Source: Octopus vulgaris
Taxonomy: Eukaryota
Reading direction: 5' to 3'
Assembly: GCA_951406725.2 (NCBI GenBank)
Contig: OX597833.1
Location: forward strand, 44,144,001-44,208,000
DNA length: 64,000 nt
Shown here: piece by piece, positions 40,317 to 57,666 of the stretch
Position numbering within the stretch: position 1 is the stretch's first letter
Layout of the letters: each line of letters begins with the position of its first letter
Notes under the pieces: model-generated
Told to the model about the DNA's origin: nothing
The model's database searches: none
Seen by the model: only the letters and a program-made list of their open reading frames with translations
Program-made: the position numbers and the translations under genes

Positions 40317-40659
40317 ACATACATACATACATACATACATACATACATACATACATACATACATACATACATACATACATACATACATACATACATACGA
40401 GCATGCATGCATACATACATACATACATACATACATACATACATACATACATACATACATACATACATACATACAAACTGTCGAACAAAGATACCTCACT
40501 ACCTATTTTTAAGTTTGGTACTTATTCGATCATCACTTTTACCAAACCTCTAAATTATGGATCCGTATTCAAGCAAAACCAGTTGTGAAGCTCTGGCTGA
40601 AGTTAAATACATACATACGAACATACATACATACATACATACATACATACATACATACA

Positions 40660-40693
<34 letters not shown>

Positions 40694-40699
40694 CATAGG

Positions 40700-40733
<34 letters not shown>

Positions 40734-40743
40734 CATAGGTACA

Positions 40744-40777
<34 letters not shown>

Positions 40778-42794
40778 CATACATACATACATACATACAT
40801 ACATACATACATACATACATACATACATACATACATACATACATACTTACATACACGTATAGTTTCTTTCTAAATTGGCAATGCTTTCTTTTTTACAGGT
40901 TATTTCGAAACTTCCAAGCGAAAATTAACTCACATTTTCTCCGGAAATAAATATTTGACTCCATACTATATATTGTGTGCTTTCTGCAGTTAGTGCTTGT
41001 TGATTTCTGATATTGAAAACATACCTTAATGTGTGTTTGTGTGTATATGGGTACATATGCTCTGATACACATAAATCTAGAAAGATATAATACAACAATT
41101 TTTCGTATATAAATACACAATCTCTATCGTTTTGCAACTAGTAACTATTTTCCCTAGGTTAGGGGAAGTATAAAGAGAAATGACATTGTTTTACGTTGAC
41201 AGGTATAGTGTAGCGGAACTAAAATGGTATTGGAAAATGTGTAAAGTTTTTGAAAATTTTGGTCAATCAATCCCAATGGAATCAAATTACAGATCAGCTA
41301 ACTTTATAGATGTAGCTGGCTTGAATGTAGGATTATATGCAGCTTAGCATAATCCAAACGTTAATTTTAATGTTGATAGATTCTCAAATCATCCCTGTGC
41401 AATTATAATCTTTATTATTGATAGTTTCACATATAATATCTAGCTGGTCTGCGTCGAATGCGGGTCATTATAAGGTAGCACTCGCTAGAGTGAGATATGT
41501 AGAAAAATTAGTTATATTCAAAGTAGTGAATCAGTTAACAGCCCTTCTTGCAGGAACACTTGAATACTACAATTGGTAGACAAAGGTGTAGGTCTGGAGA
41601 CAGAATAAATGAGGATATAATTAACAATAAGCGTGATTGGTGAAACACGTATGTATATAAAGGACATGTCCCCTACTATGAGAACCTAACTATTCGAACC
41701 CGCTACCTTGACTATAAGTAATAGCAAGAGAGGGGAATGATGGAAATTGAGGGATGTTAAGAAATTATAAGGAGCGAAAATGCTTAAGTAACCGAACTAC
41801 AACTTGCAGCTGTATGAAAACATTAGGTAGTGGTGAAAAGTATAAGCAAAACACTGTTCACAGTAGGGAAAACAAGAATAGTAAAATCGGTAAAGGATTA
41901 CGTAAGAAAAAAATTGATATATCCAGTATTTAACCTTGATGTATTCCCTCTGATTGCTTCCGCTTTCTTCGCTGCATTAGATAAACTCTTCAGTAAATGT
42001 ATTAGATATCATAAAACATTTTAATAGACATATCGTTAATGTGTCTTACGCAACTACCCTATTATAAAATATACCTCCAATGGAATAATAAAATCTTACT
42101 CAACAGGTCTTTTCTAATATTTATAATTGCAATGTAAATGACTCTACAGGCTGCACATAGACCAGGAGTCGATGTATTGGTAGATAATGTGCGAGAGAAT
42201 GGAAAGTATTTCATATGTGACACCAACACAACTACTCAAGATATATCCGACGTTCGACTCAGTAGTGGTAATAGTAATAATGTTAACAATTACAGTAATA
42301 GTCCTTTCTACAATGGGTTCAAGACCAAATCTTGTGGAAGGGGATAGTCGATTCTATCTAAGCCAGTTCTAAACTGGTTATTATTTTCTCGACCCCGAAA
42401 CTGTGAAAGACAAATTCGAGCTCGATGATATTTGAACTCAGAAGGTAAAAGACAAGAAATGTCGATAAACATTTGTTCCGTTGTTGTAACGATTGTGCCA
42501 ACTCTCCGCATCAGCATTTACCGTATTAATGATGGTAGGAACAGCAATAATATTAGTTCTAGTTATTATAATAAATGAAATTAATATCATGAAGATAGTA
42601 GTAAAAATAGTGAAAATACTTGTGATGCTAATAGTAATGCCAGTTATGAGTAGAATAATGCAATAAAATTGGCAACTTTAGAATTACGGATAAATATACA
42701 CTGGTACTTCACCATCTCTCTCCTGCTCTCTCTCTCTCTCTCTCCCTCTCTCTCTTTCTCTCTCTGTCTTGCACTTTTGCTGTTTCCTACTCCT

Positions 42795-42828
<34 letters not shown>

Positions 42829-43072
42829 CCTCGCTCTCTCTTGCCCTTTTGCTGTTTCCTTCTATCTCTTTCCTTTGTTCTTGTCTCTGGCTGGATAGAC
42901 ATATATCTCATCTACAGCAGCACACCTATTTCTGCTCTCATTCTTGGTCTCTCTCTCTCACTGGGTAGCCATGGAGCTTCTCTATAGCAATACCCTATTT
43001 CTACTACTCTATTTCTTTGTAAGACACTAACCTTTCATCATCAGATATCGGGCCACCTCCTCCAATGGTTCC

Positions 43073-43122
<50 letters not shown>

Positions 43123-43348
43123 CGTTGGCGATTTTTTTCTTCTATCTTCTCTTATCTGGATCTTTCCTTCTCCTATGTTTCCGATGAAGAGCTCCGCTCG
43201 AAACTTTAAGCCCTCCTTCTTTCCTTCTTTCCTGAGCGTCCAATAATACTATAATTGTTCCACGTCCTCGCGTTGTTGTGTTTTTTTGTGCTTTCTTGTT
43301 TGGATTAACTCTCTCTATATATATATACAAATAAATAAATATATATAT

Positions 43349-43385
<37 letters not shown>

Positions 43386-43474
43386 TCAACAATTGAGGGT
43401 AAAATTAATTAATTATTATTATATTATAGTATTATATTATCAGTATGCGGCGAAGTAATTTATTTTACTAAGCC

Positions 43475-43542
<68 letters not shown>

Positions 43543-43907
43543 GAATTTATCTCTTAATGTAATATATGCGAATTATTCTGTAGCCATGATAAAACTCCGA
43601 GAAAAAAAACAGGGTTCAGAGTAACAATACAGAGAAAAGGCATATGGGAGTATACAAAGAGTAAACCACGTCTATATACGCACATACAATTATGCACGCG
43701 CACACACACCCCTATATGCGACATACCCGCACACGTCTATACACGCACACACACCATTAAGGAAACTATACTCTATGAAACATTTAGAGAAAATTAGAGA
43801 CCTGATTTTGCGCATAAGATGGAAGATATTATCCATATAAATCAAATGGGGTGATTATAATCGCCCCATTTGATTTATATGGATAATACCTTACTAAATT
43901 CTGGTAC

Positions 43908-43974
<67 letters not shown>

Positions 43975-44117
43975 TCCAAACTTACAGGGAAAAATTAGAT
44001 TTAGGATTAAATCAAATTTCACATTATAAATATATAAAATATGAATCAGAGATAAAACCACTATTAGGCAACTCAAACAGTTTGAGTTGCCTAATAGTGG
44101 TTTTATCTCTATTATAT

Positions 44118-44172
<55 letters not shown>

Positions 44173-44505
44173 AATGTAAAATAATACAAACTGGGACAAG
44201 AACGTGAAACGTTTTGAAGACGATTATGATAACGATAGTCACTGTGGTTTGAACAATTAGCTTAACGTCCACTCCACTTCAATAGCGAAATTCTTTCCCA
44301 AGCCTTCGAACATTCTTTCAATCAACGTACCCTTCCCACTCCACTTGTTCCCTACCTACTATTCCTTTAACCCTTCTCTTCCTACTATCTATCTTTGACG
44401 TCAATTCTTCTAACGATTTTTTAAAAATCACTCATTATCGTTTTGTTTACCATGTAGGCAGTCATCGAAATTTTTGTTTGTCTTTTTGTCGAGAGAGGCT
44501 CCCTT

Positions 44506-44588
44506 TCTTTTTTGATGAGAAGACTGCATAATGCACCCTTTATTCATTTGGAATGAAACCATGTTGTCTTCGAAACATATGTCGAGAG
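44506..44588 (+). ncRNA. Slightly decayed hammerhead motif
   Basis: tTGATGA-gaagac...gtcttc-GAAAC-atat-GTC-gagag. Its 5' half is deleted in copy A (~2620). Confidence 0.5.
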
Positions 44589-44798
44589 TAAAGGAATTTT
44601 GCTAAAATCTTCGTTCGACTCCATTCTTTCATTTATTCATATACAACACACAAATTTCTGCACATGAACCCGGAGTTTCTACCGTTGAACAGGTCGCTTC
44701 AACCGTGTTTCTGAGTTTCTGACGTGAATTTGCTACCCTGGTTTCGGTTCAACGAATTTTCCATGCTTACGATAAACGTAGGATAATTCATTCACCTA

Positions 44799-44914
<116 letters not shown>

Positions 44915-46642
44915 TGTAGCCAACCTGCCGACTACTTTAATATGCTTGTATATCCAACCAAATACAGTGTTGATCAGCAGGTAAATGACCACTACGAAGC
45001 AACAAGAGTGAGTGGCAGAAATTTCAAAATTATGTTTGCAGGACCGAACGGTCAGTGGGTAAGGTGATGCTGGTTGACGGCTCAGGCTGGAGATAACTCT
45101 CGTTGTTGGCAAAGCAGTTGCCAGATTCAGCATCATTGACGTATGTAACAATAATTCCTACAGATAAACCTGCTCGCTTACCGAATATATTTATGGTAGG
45201 AGGAATTGAGAACTTTCAAAGGATCCAGTGGAGGGGAACGCCAATCAACTAAGCAGAGTTATGAGATATTCTGTTGAAGAAACAGTGAGCTTGTTGCTAA
45301 GCACAATGTCAGAATTCGAAGAGATGAACGTACCGTGGATCTTTGCGGTTTGAACGGCAGTTTTTTCTTGCGGTGTCATATGAAATTGTCACCCATAATT
45401 ATGTCCCTGGTATCGATCTGTTTTAGGTTTAGGTTAGTTAGGTTAGGGTTTGGGGTGGGGGGAAGGGTACCTTTATTTCTTCAGAAATGTAAATAAACCC
45501 AATCTGTTTCTTAAACGAGGGACAGATTCATACGGCACATAATGTTTTTACCTCAATAGATGTCATTGATTGGTTGAAATTGCAGAAATTGAAGAAGAAA
45601 AAACAACAAATAACCTACAAACTATAGAATTGTCTCAATAAAGCCAAGAGAAAAAGATGTTTTATAAACACATTCTACCAGTATAAGAAGTTTAAATGTG
45701 TTTTGTTGCGTGGAAATTATTTTTAAAAACTGCCGTTCAAACCGAAAAGATCCCGTACCGTTTCATTTTCAATCCCTTCTGCTTCACCAGTAAGTTACCT
45801 TGTGGTATGTGTAGCAGCAATCCAGACTGCTCGGGGAGTGGAGTAAATCCTTTTTTTTCTCAAATGCCTGGATGACCTTACAATAAAGAAGGAGCTTCGA
45901 TAAGGTAGAAATCCTGGTAAGCCTACCACTCCCGACGATTCCCTTTGGCATGAATCAACCGAGTCGGAAGAATGCTTAGGAAGCTGTTCAAGCAGCTAGG
46001 TCAGCAAGGTCAGCTAGGTCATCCAGTGTCCAGTGTAGCGTCATATTGAAAAATCTATTAGAAAAATACCAAACAAATGTAGTAAAAAAAAGAAAATGTT
46101 TTGACTGTTCTTCTCTTTTTTTCTCTCTCTCTCACTTTCTCTCCTCTTACGCTCTTTCTCTCTATCTTTGCCCCTTTCACTCTCTCCCTCTCACTTTTCC
46201 ATGACGTTCTTCTTAATCTTTTACTGTAACTCCTTCTTGCCAATCTTCCTTCTTTTCTCCCTTTCTTACTTTCATATCCTTATAACTTTCCCTCAATTTC
46301 CTCTCCCGCGTCCTAAGTCGGCGTCTTTTTCTTAATCACAATACTTCTTTCACCCAATCTCTCAATACTTCGAAATTCTCTATCTTTCTTTTCATCTTTG
46401 TATGTGTATATGTGTGAGTGTGTGTTCTGGCGTGCGCATGTGCGTGCGTGCTTGTGTACGTGTGTGTGTACTTAAGTTTCTGTTTTTAAGAATATTTACT
46501 TCCGGTTTTCTAGCGTTAGTGACATCTATATCTCTATCTATATCTCTTTATCCATCTCTCTCTATTTATCTCAATCTCTCTATATTTCTCTATCTATATC
46601 TAACTATCTATCTGTCTATATTTTATCTATCTACCTATCTAC

Positions 46643-46711
<69 letters not shown>

Positions 46712-47064
46712 AATCTATCTATCTATCTATTTGTCTATATCTTATCTATCTATCTATCTATGTACCTACCTATCTATCTAAGTTTTACCTGCCTTCTCGA
46801 TGCAGAAAAGAGAAAGAGAGAGAAACAAACAGACAGAGAGAGGGAGAAAAAGGAAGATAGAGAGAGAAAAAGAATGAAACAGAAAGACTGGACTTTCAGT
46901 TCACTGACACTTCAAGTTTGACTTGCGTTTTTCTCTCTAATTCTGTTATGTTTGGCCATTTCGACTACGCTATTTGTAAGAGATAACTTTTCGTAAAATT
47001 TCTGCTTTCTGGAAGCCGACAATCATTTCTCCTCCTGCCTTATACCTGTCGCACAAGATCAATA

Positions 47065-47110
47065 ATGTTGTTAGTTATGATGTTACTGATGTCTTCTTAC
47101 ACTTCGGCTT
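47065..47110 (+). CDS. Copy B exon 1 (signal peptide MLLVMMLLMSSYTSA)
   Basis: Paralog of 5155-5200 with GTAAGT donor. One synonymous and one nonsynonymous difference. Confidence 0.75.
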
Positions 47111-47226
47111 GTAAGTTAATATTAAGAAACATAATATTTTTTTCTGTTACAACACTGAATCTTCTCTTAGATAACATGCTTTCATCTTCGAACGACACAG
47201 TATAGACACACGCACACACACACACA

Positions 47227-47266
<40 letters not shown>

Positions 47267-47960
47267 AACGCACACATACACATACACACACGCACACACA
47301 CACACACACACATTATCAACACACCGACATACACTTTTCAACAGCGTCACCTCAAATACCTATTTCTTTACTGCCCACAAGGGGCTACACAGAAAGAGGG
47401 GACAAACAAGGACAGACATAGGTATTAAGTCGATTACATCGACCCCAGTGCGAAACTGGTTCTTAATTTATCGACCCCGAAAGATGATAGCCAAAGTCGA
47501 CCTCGGCGGAATTTGAACTCAGACCTTAACGGCAGACGAAATACGGCTAAGCATTTCACCCGTCGTTTTAACGTTTCTGCCAGCTCGCCACGAATAGCAT
47601 AATACGAACAACACAACACACTGTTTAATTCAGTACACACACCACACACTGTTTAATTCAGTACACACACCACACACCATCATGCACACTCTCACACCCA
47701 CACAAACACATAATATCTGAACACAGAGAATATATAGATACACACGCAACACGCATAAACACGCATTACACGCATTGACACGGATAACATTCGCTCACAA
47801 AAATACACACGTCCATATGCACACACACACACAGGGGAATACACAAAACGCATATTTCTCCACACAACACATACTCTAGGTTAATTTTACGCACAAACAC
47901 ACACAAACACACACACATACATACATGCATACGTACGTATGTACGTACGTACATACATAC

Positions 47961-47991
<31 letters not shown>

Positions 47992-49407
47992 CATACATAC
48001 ATACATACATACATACATACATACATACATACGTACATACATACATATCTCGTTCTTTCTGTGTTTGTAAAAGTTTATAAAGACAGTATTTTTCAACTGA
48101 TTTCCTCCAAACTGCGAACGTACATTACTTATGTTCCAGGGATGACTTTAGACCAGTGGTTTTCAACCAGGGTTCCGCGGAACCTTAGGGTTCCAGCAGT
48201 ACAGTCCAGGGGTTCCGCAAGAAGTTACAAAAGTGCTAGGATCTTTTCATTTTGAAAGCCAGATTTTTCAGCTTTTTTCTAATGAAGTAAATAACGCAAG
48301 AAGTTACAAAACTGCTAAAATCCGCTGTAATTTTTAATCTCCTGTGCAGATATGTGTGCATAAGACTATTAAATTATGGCACAGGGGTTCCTCGAGCCAG
48401 TGGAATGTTTCCTTGGGGTTCCGCTCCAGCAAAAATTTTGAAAAGCACTGCTTTAGACTCTTAAAATTTCTCACATAATCAGTAACGTGCCCCTTGGGAG
48501 CAGAAAAATACATACATCCGTACGCACACACTCACACCAACCAGTACATGGAATGCATGCCACTTCACATAATGTACACACTGACACACATAAGTCCACA
48601 TAATTTTCAGCTAACCCACTCACACACTAGCATCCATTCACATAAACACATTCACAGACACTGTCCTCCCAAACACACATGCGCTTGTGCACCTAAGCTC
48701 CTTGGATATTAAATTAAATTAAATGGACAATGTACATATTTATACTTATTTCATTTGCCAACATTACAAAGAGGGTAGATATATAGACAGAGAGGTTAAT
48801 CTCATCATTAAGAACGTGGTGGTAGTATGTCCTTCTCCATTGGTAGATTTCTTATCACTGAGTTCACTTTGCTATTTAGATCTATCAGTGAGGAGGGGGT
48901 TTCTTATCTTGGTTCAATGAAGACAAACAAGAATTTTCTATTTATAGATAGAGGAAGGGGTAGTACAAATGTCAAAACCATAAATCCATCCTTATTATGA
49001 AGAATTTAACTTAAGCATATTTGAATGTATTTTAGCAAACGCTTGTAGGCTGAAGTGTATGGTTTTGACATTTGTACTACCCTTTCCTCTATCTATAAAT
49101 GTTAACATTTAACATTATTGACCGAGGTTACCGGGGTATTTACGAAGGCTTTTCTTTCCACGGATAAACCCTATTTACTTTCCCCCTTACACTTTACATC
49201 ATCACATTACTATGATACACGATCCCTATTGATCGTTATTTTTCTTTCTTTCACTTTTACGATCACTTTTGATCGAAAACCTACCCCCATTTTTTTCTTT
49301 TCCCCCCCATAAAGAACAGCTCTACTTTGTAATCTGTCCCATCTGTGTGCAGCCCTGTGTGGCTAATAAAGAAACATATCTATCTATCTAGCTATCTTTC
49401 TATCCAT

Positions 49408-52439
<3,032 letters not shown>

Positions 52440-52814
52440 ATATATATATATCTTTCATCGTTTGTCTTTTACTTACTTCAGTCATTAGACTGCAGTCATG
52501 CTGGGGCACCGTCTTGAGATTTTAATCGATTGAATAGACCCCATTACTTATAATTTAAGCCTGGTACTTATTCTATCGGTCTCTTTTGTCAACCCCCTCT
52601 AAGTTACGGAGACGTAAACACACCAACACCAGTTGTCAAGTGGTGATGGGGAGACAAACACAGACATATACACATAGATATATATATATACATATATACA
52701 TAGACATATACATATATATGCGACAGGCTTCTTTCAGTTTCCGTCTACCAAATCCCCTCACAAGGCTTTGCTCGGACCTGAGGCTATAGTAGAAGACACT
52801 TGCTGAAGGTGTCA

Positions 52815-54290
52815 CTATTAATCAAAAACAGCACATCATCTCTATACAGTCCACCTTTAATATCTGGAAATTTATTACTAAAATAAAATAGAATGTATAG
52901 ATCAGAATCAGCAGATCCCATGGTAATGTCAAAAAATCATTGCTACTTTTTCTTGCCCAGGACTTATTATCAAATAAACTAATAGATTTTTAAGTATATG
53001 TTTTTCTTAAGTATACACATATCAAGAAAAACTTTACTTAATGTACTCAGGTCAGATCAGCCTGGGAAAATTATTCTCACTTCAGAATTTAAAAAATTGT
53101 TTTCCTTGTGATCTTTTAAAGTTATCCTTTTAAAGGTGTCATTGATACAAAAGTCTCTATTCTATCACCAAGGTCCTTGTCATTCATAATTTTCATCGCT
53201 TCTAAGTTAATGAACCTTAAAACTTTTTACTTACTACTTTATAATTACTAGTAATCTCTTTCTTCATTTATTCATGATATTTTAATAGATCCTAATCATA
53301 TAAGTTTCATTGCTCCATAATTCCATTTTTTTCTTTTAAGATCACATAGTAAAGAATTTAGTTTCTTTAAATGTTCAATTTCCCAGAGGGAATATTTAAC
53401 AAATATAATATTCTTGACAATATTCCATAAATCGTCTTCAAAGGCCTCCAAATTGCGGTTTGGTGGTGGAAATTCCTTCGTCTGAAAGTTCTTTTAAAAT
53501 GTTCAGTATCTTTTTTATGAGGGTTATTTTCTGTTATAAAATCCTTTTCATGGTAAAAAGCCACCCAACGGATTCTATGAATGAATTCAAAAGTCTTATT
53601 AATCAGATCCTTCATGAAATCCTTTCTAGGTGGAATAGGAAAGTCTTTTAAAGATAAGTGAATCGGTAATTTCTCCATTGAGACCAGCGAAAATATGTAT
53701 TAATATTACTTAAATAATGTACAAATATATTATTATAAATCAAACCAAGAAAAAGAACCATTTCAATCAATATATAATAAACATTGATTTATGATGCTAT
53801 TCTCCTCTAATAAACCAAGTAAATTTGTGTTACTTTCTTATTTACTAAGACAAAAGTTTATATTAGTACGAATAAATAAATTAGAACAATTATTATATAT
53901 AATTATATATAATTTTGAACAATTTTGCATATATGAATGTTTCTTGTAGACCCTATAAAATTTATCATATATCATCATATGTTCTTTCGAACTTGTATAT
54001 ACACATAAAAACTAATGTGTACACTACGGTAGTAGTTGAATAATATTCTTAACGTAGCTTTTTGTTGCAGTTGGCGTCTTCCAAGTAGTCTCACTAATTC
54101 ACTTTTAATCCAAATCAAATTTAGTTTTTAAAAATTATGTTTGACTAGTGATAAGCTACATTTAGACATAAAATACTTAAAGTCTGGTGCAGTAGAACAA
54201 AAGAGAAAAAGCGTATAGACCAAACTGGTTGACTGACGGGTAATAAAGCCCGACATCGGCATTTTGAATCCACACAATTCTTTTAACTTT
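52815..54290 (-). mobile_element. Penelope-like element fragment, longer in copy B
   Basis: Same N-terminus (ORF 53367-53678) plus ~600 bp more decayed sequence than in copy A. Confidence 0.6.
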
Positions 54291-54706
54291 GATCAATAAT
54301 TATTATATTGATATTAATATGAAAGGAAATGTTAAAGGAATATATTGGTACATGTATGAACTAAACTATTTCTTAGTTGTACACACAAGAAAAGACAAAC
54401 GACAACACAAATCAATACAAAATGTTCTAATTATTTTCTTTAGTATAAATTACTTTTTATAAAAATTGAATTTTTTTGCTTAACTTTTTGTAGTGTGGCT
54501 TTCTAAAGTCCATTTTTGAATAAATTATTTTAACAACAAGATTATTTGATAAAAATATTAAAATTTATTTTATATTTTGTCTCTATGAGTAGTATTCTAT
54601 CATGTTGTAGGGCTGTTCAGAAAAGGCAAATGACAAAAATTCTAATATTTTAAGACACTTGCTTCCCAGCTATATGGCTGGGAAGCAAGCGTCTTACAGT
54701 GACTGC

Positions 54707-54773
<67 letters not shown>

Positions 54774-54921
54774 TGAATGAGGCAGAAAGATTTCAATAAA
54801 TAAATGCATAGATATGCATGCATATATGCTAATGTATAGATGTATCAACCAATATATCTATATATATAAATTTGACTCTCTCTTTCTATATATGATATAC
54901 ATGTATGTATGTATGAATGTA

Positions 54922-54979
<58 letters not shown>

Positions 54980-55525
54980 CATATATTCATATGTATATAT
55001 GTGTGTGTGTGTGTATGTGTAAGTCCGTGTGTGTGTCCGTAAATACGTACTTATGTATCAAGTTATTTTCAACTGAGACGTTAGAACCGTATTTAATACT
55101 TGAAGAGCTTAAATTGTGTGCATGTGCATATATTTACAACATTGATGACATCTATCACAGGTTTTTCCCATTGTGTTGATGAACTATTTTCTATGATTAA
55201 TAAAACTGTCGGTATTTTGACGACACAGGTATGTTAGTATAATAATAAATATCAAAAACTATCTGCAAAGTTTTATTTGTGGATAGATGTAATCCGTATT
55301 CACAACAACCGTTATTTTTATTGGTTCTCTTTTTCCTACTTCTGTCATTCTTCTTCTTCTTCTTCTTCTTCTTCTTCTTCTTCTTCTTCTTCTTCTTCTT
55401 CTTCTTCTTCTTCTTCTTCTTCTTCTTCTTCTTCTTCTTCTTCTTCTTCTTCTTCTTCTTCTATAGTTACATTTATATATTTTTTATAACATCTATATCT
55501 GATCTATGATTTTTTTTCTATGCAG

Positions 55526-55858
55526 TTATTGAGATTGCAGATGTGTTACCTTCAAGCAATATTGATTTTGCAAACAGAACATTCTTAACTATAAAATGTC
55601 GGTATGCTATAGAAAATCTCCTTCAGTTTTTTCTCGTGCGAAATCACAGTGAAGTTATTGTTCAAATCTATTATCAAAAAAAGACAGGAGGTTTTGCGGT
55701 AGTAAGCAAGAGAAAGGGTTTTGACTGTACTGTACCTACAGTACCTGGAGATAAGAAAGGTGTGATTACCTGCTCGAAACGTTATCCCTCTTGTGAGGAT
55801 GCGACATACTACAAATGTTCAACATATAAAGAATCTTCAAAATCTAGACTTGTAAGAG
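55526..55858 (+). CDS. Copy B exon 2: Ig-like domain 1
   Basis: Paralog of 13340-13672 with the same splice sites. 7 nonsynonymous differences. Confidence 0.85.
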
Positions 55859-57104
55859 GTCAGTTTACTCGTTCTATTTTTACTTCCGTTTCTTGTTTTG
55901 CACGTATTCAACTCCATTGTCTTTATTTTTATTTCTATTGCGTGTTTCTATTGCACTATCGAACACAAGTTTCATCCAGTCAGGTCAATTGCCCAGGCCA
56001 GCCTGACTACCTCTCTCCATCACTCCTGATCTTCCATTAGTGTTTTTAGGCCTTCAACTTGGCATCCAACATCTTCTGCAAGCGGTTGTATATATGTCTT
56101 CCGTGGTCTTCCAGTCGCTGTGGTACCGTGATTTGGTGCCCACAACAACTCCTTACTCACAAGTTTTTCTTTACTTCTCCAGCAATGGTCAGCAAAACCC
56201 AATGTCCGCTCTTATATGATTGATGAGAAAGTTGATACATTCCCATATAACCTTTGTTTTGTTGGGTGCTCCCTCCATTAAATGTAGGGCACTGCACGTA
56301 ACATTCTGGTGTAGGTACCGTCCAGCATGCCCTTAAGGCCCTCTCTTTCTTTTCTCTCTTTTACTTATTTCAGTCATTTGACTGCGGCCATGCTGGAGCA
56401 CCGCCTTTAGTCGAGCAAATCGACCCCGGAACTTATTCTTTGTAAGCCCAGGACTTATTCTATTGGTCTCTTTTGCCGAACCGCCAAGTGCATGTCTGTA
56501 TATGCATGCATGAATGTATGTAAATATGTTTGCGTATGTGAATATATCTGTATCTATATATGTGTCCACATATTCATACATAAGCACACACACACATACA
56601 TACACGCACACACGCAAATATATATAATTGCACACAAATACATGCTTATGTGTAAGTAAATATACACGTGTTTGAATGTGTCATTCATCTGTTGTGGAGT
56701 TATTGCTAGTCTTTGGTTCCACACAGCCTTAGCACTGCTTACACAGTTAACCACTTCTAAGCAACAGTTCCCAAAGTCCAGGATTAACAATAATTGGAGT
56801 GTTGTCAAATGTTTTAGTTTTGTATGAAGATTGTAGTTTACATTAGTGAAACTACTCTTTTATTGTGAGGCCCTTTGTTCGAAGATAAGCATATTTCGAT
56901 TCTCTTTACTCTTTTTACTCTTTTATTTGTTTCAGTCATTTGACTGCGGCCATGCTGGAGCACCGCCTTTAGTCGAGCAAATCGACCCAGGGACTTATTC
57001 TTTGTAAGCCCAGTACATATTCTATCGGTATCTTTTGCCGAACCGCGAAGTGACGGGGACGTAAATAAAACAGCATCGGTTGTCAAGCAATGCTAGGGGG
57101 ACAA

Positions 57105-57167
<63 letters not shown>

Positions 57168-57357
57168 CGACAGGCTTCTTTCAGTTTCCGTCTACCAAAT
57201 CCACTCACAAGGCATTAGTCGGCCCGGGGCTATAGCAGAAGACACTTGCCCAAGATGCCACGCAGTGGGACTGAACCCCGAACCATGTGGTTGGTTAGCA
57301 AGCTACGTACCACACAGCCACTCCCTGGCCTATTCGTTTTTGTTTTTTTCTTTTCAG

Positions 57358-57666
57358 TGAGATCTTTCATTAAGAAACTTGAATTTCTTAACCCGCCCGC
57401 TGAAGTAAACAAGCTAGCGATCTTCAGATGTTCAGCATACATCGGTGCACCTTTTGGCGCTACTGACTTTTTATGGAGTCATGAGACAAAACACTACAAT
57501 TGGATAAATGTGAGTCAAGTGCATGTTCGACCGCATGGAAAGTGTTTATCTCCAGCAGTGTCAATTAAGAAAATCGTTATAAGAGAGGGGGACATTGGTA
57601 ACTCATGTTCCGTCTCATGTTCCGTATACCGTGAATCACGCACTCTACAGCTCACCAGCAAAACAG
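57358..57666 (+). CDS. Copy B exon 3: Ig-like domain 2
   Basis: Paralog of 15188-15496 with QM->YN and S->R changes. Confidence 0.85.

Larger units (their letters stand above)
30769..41577 (+). repeat. Near-identical second copy of the unit's 3' part (A')
   Basis: Starts with sequence matching ~63119 (intron 3 of copy B), then repeats 20641-30668 almost base for base. Confidence 0.95.
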
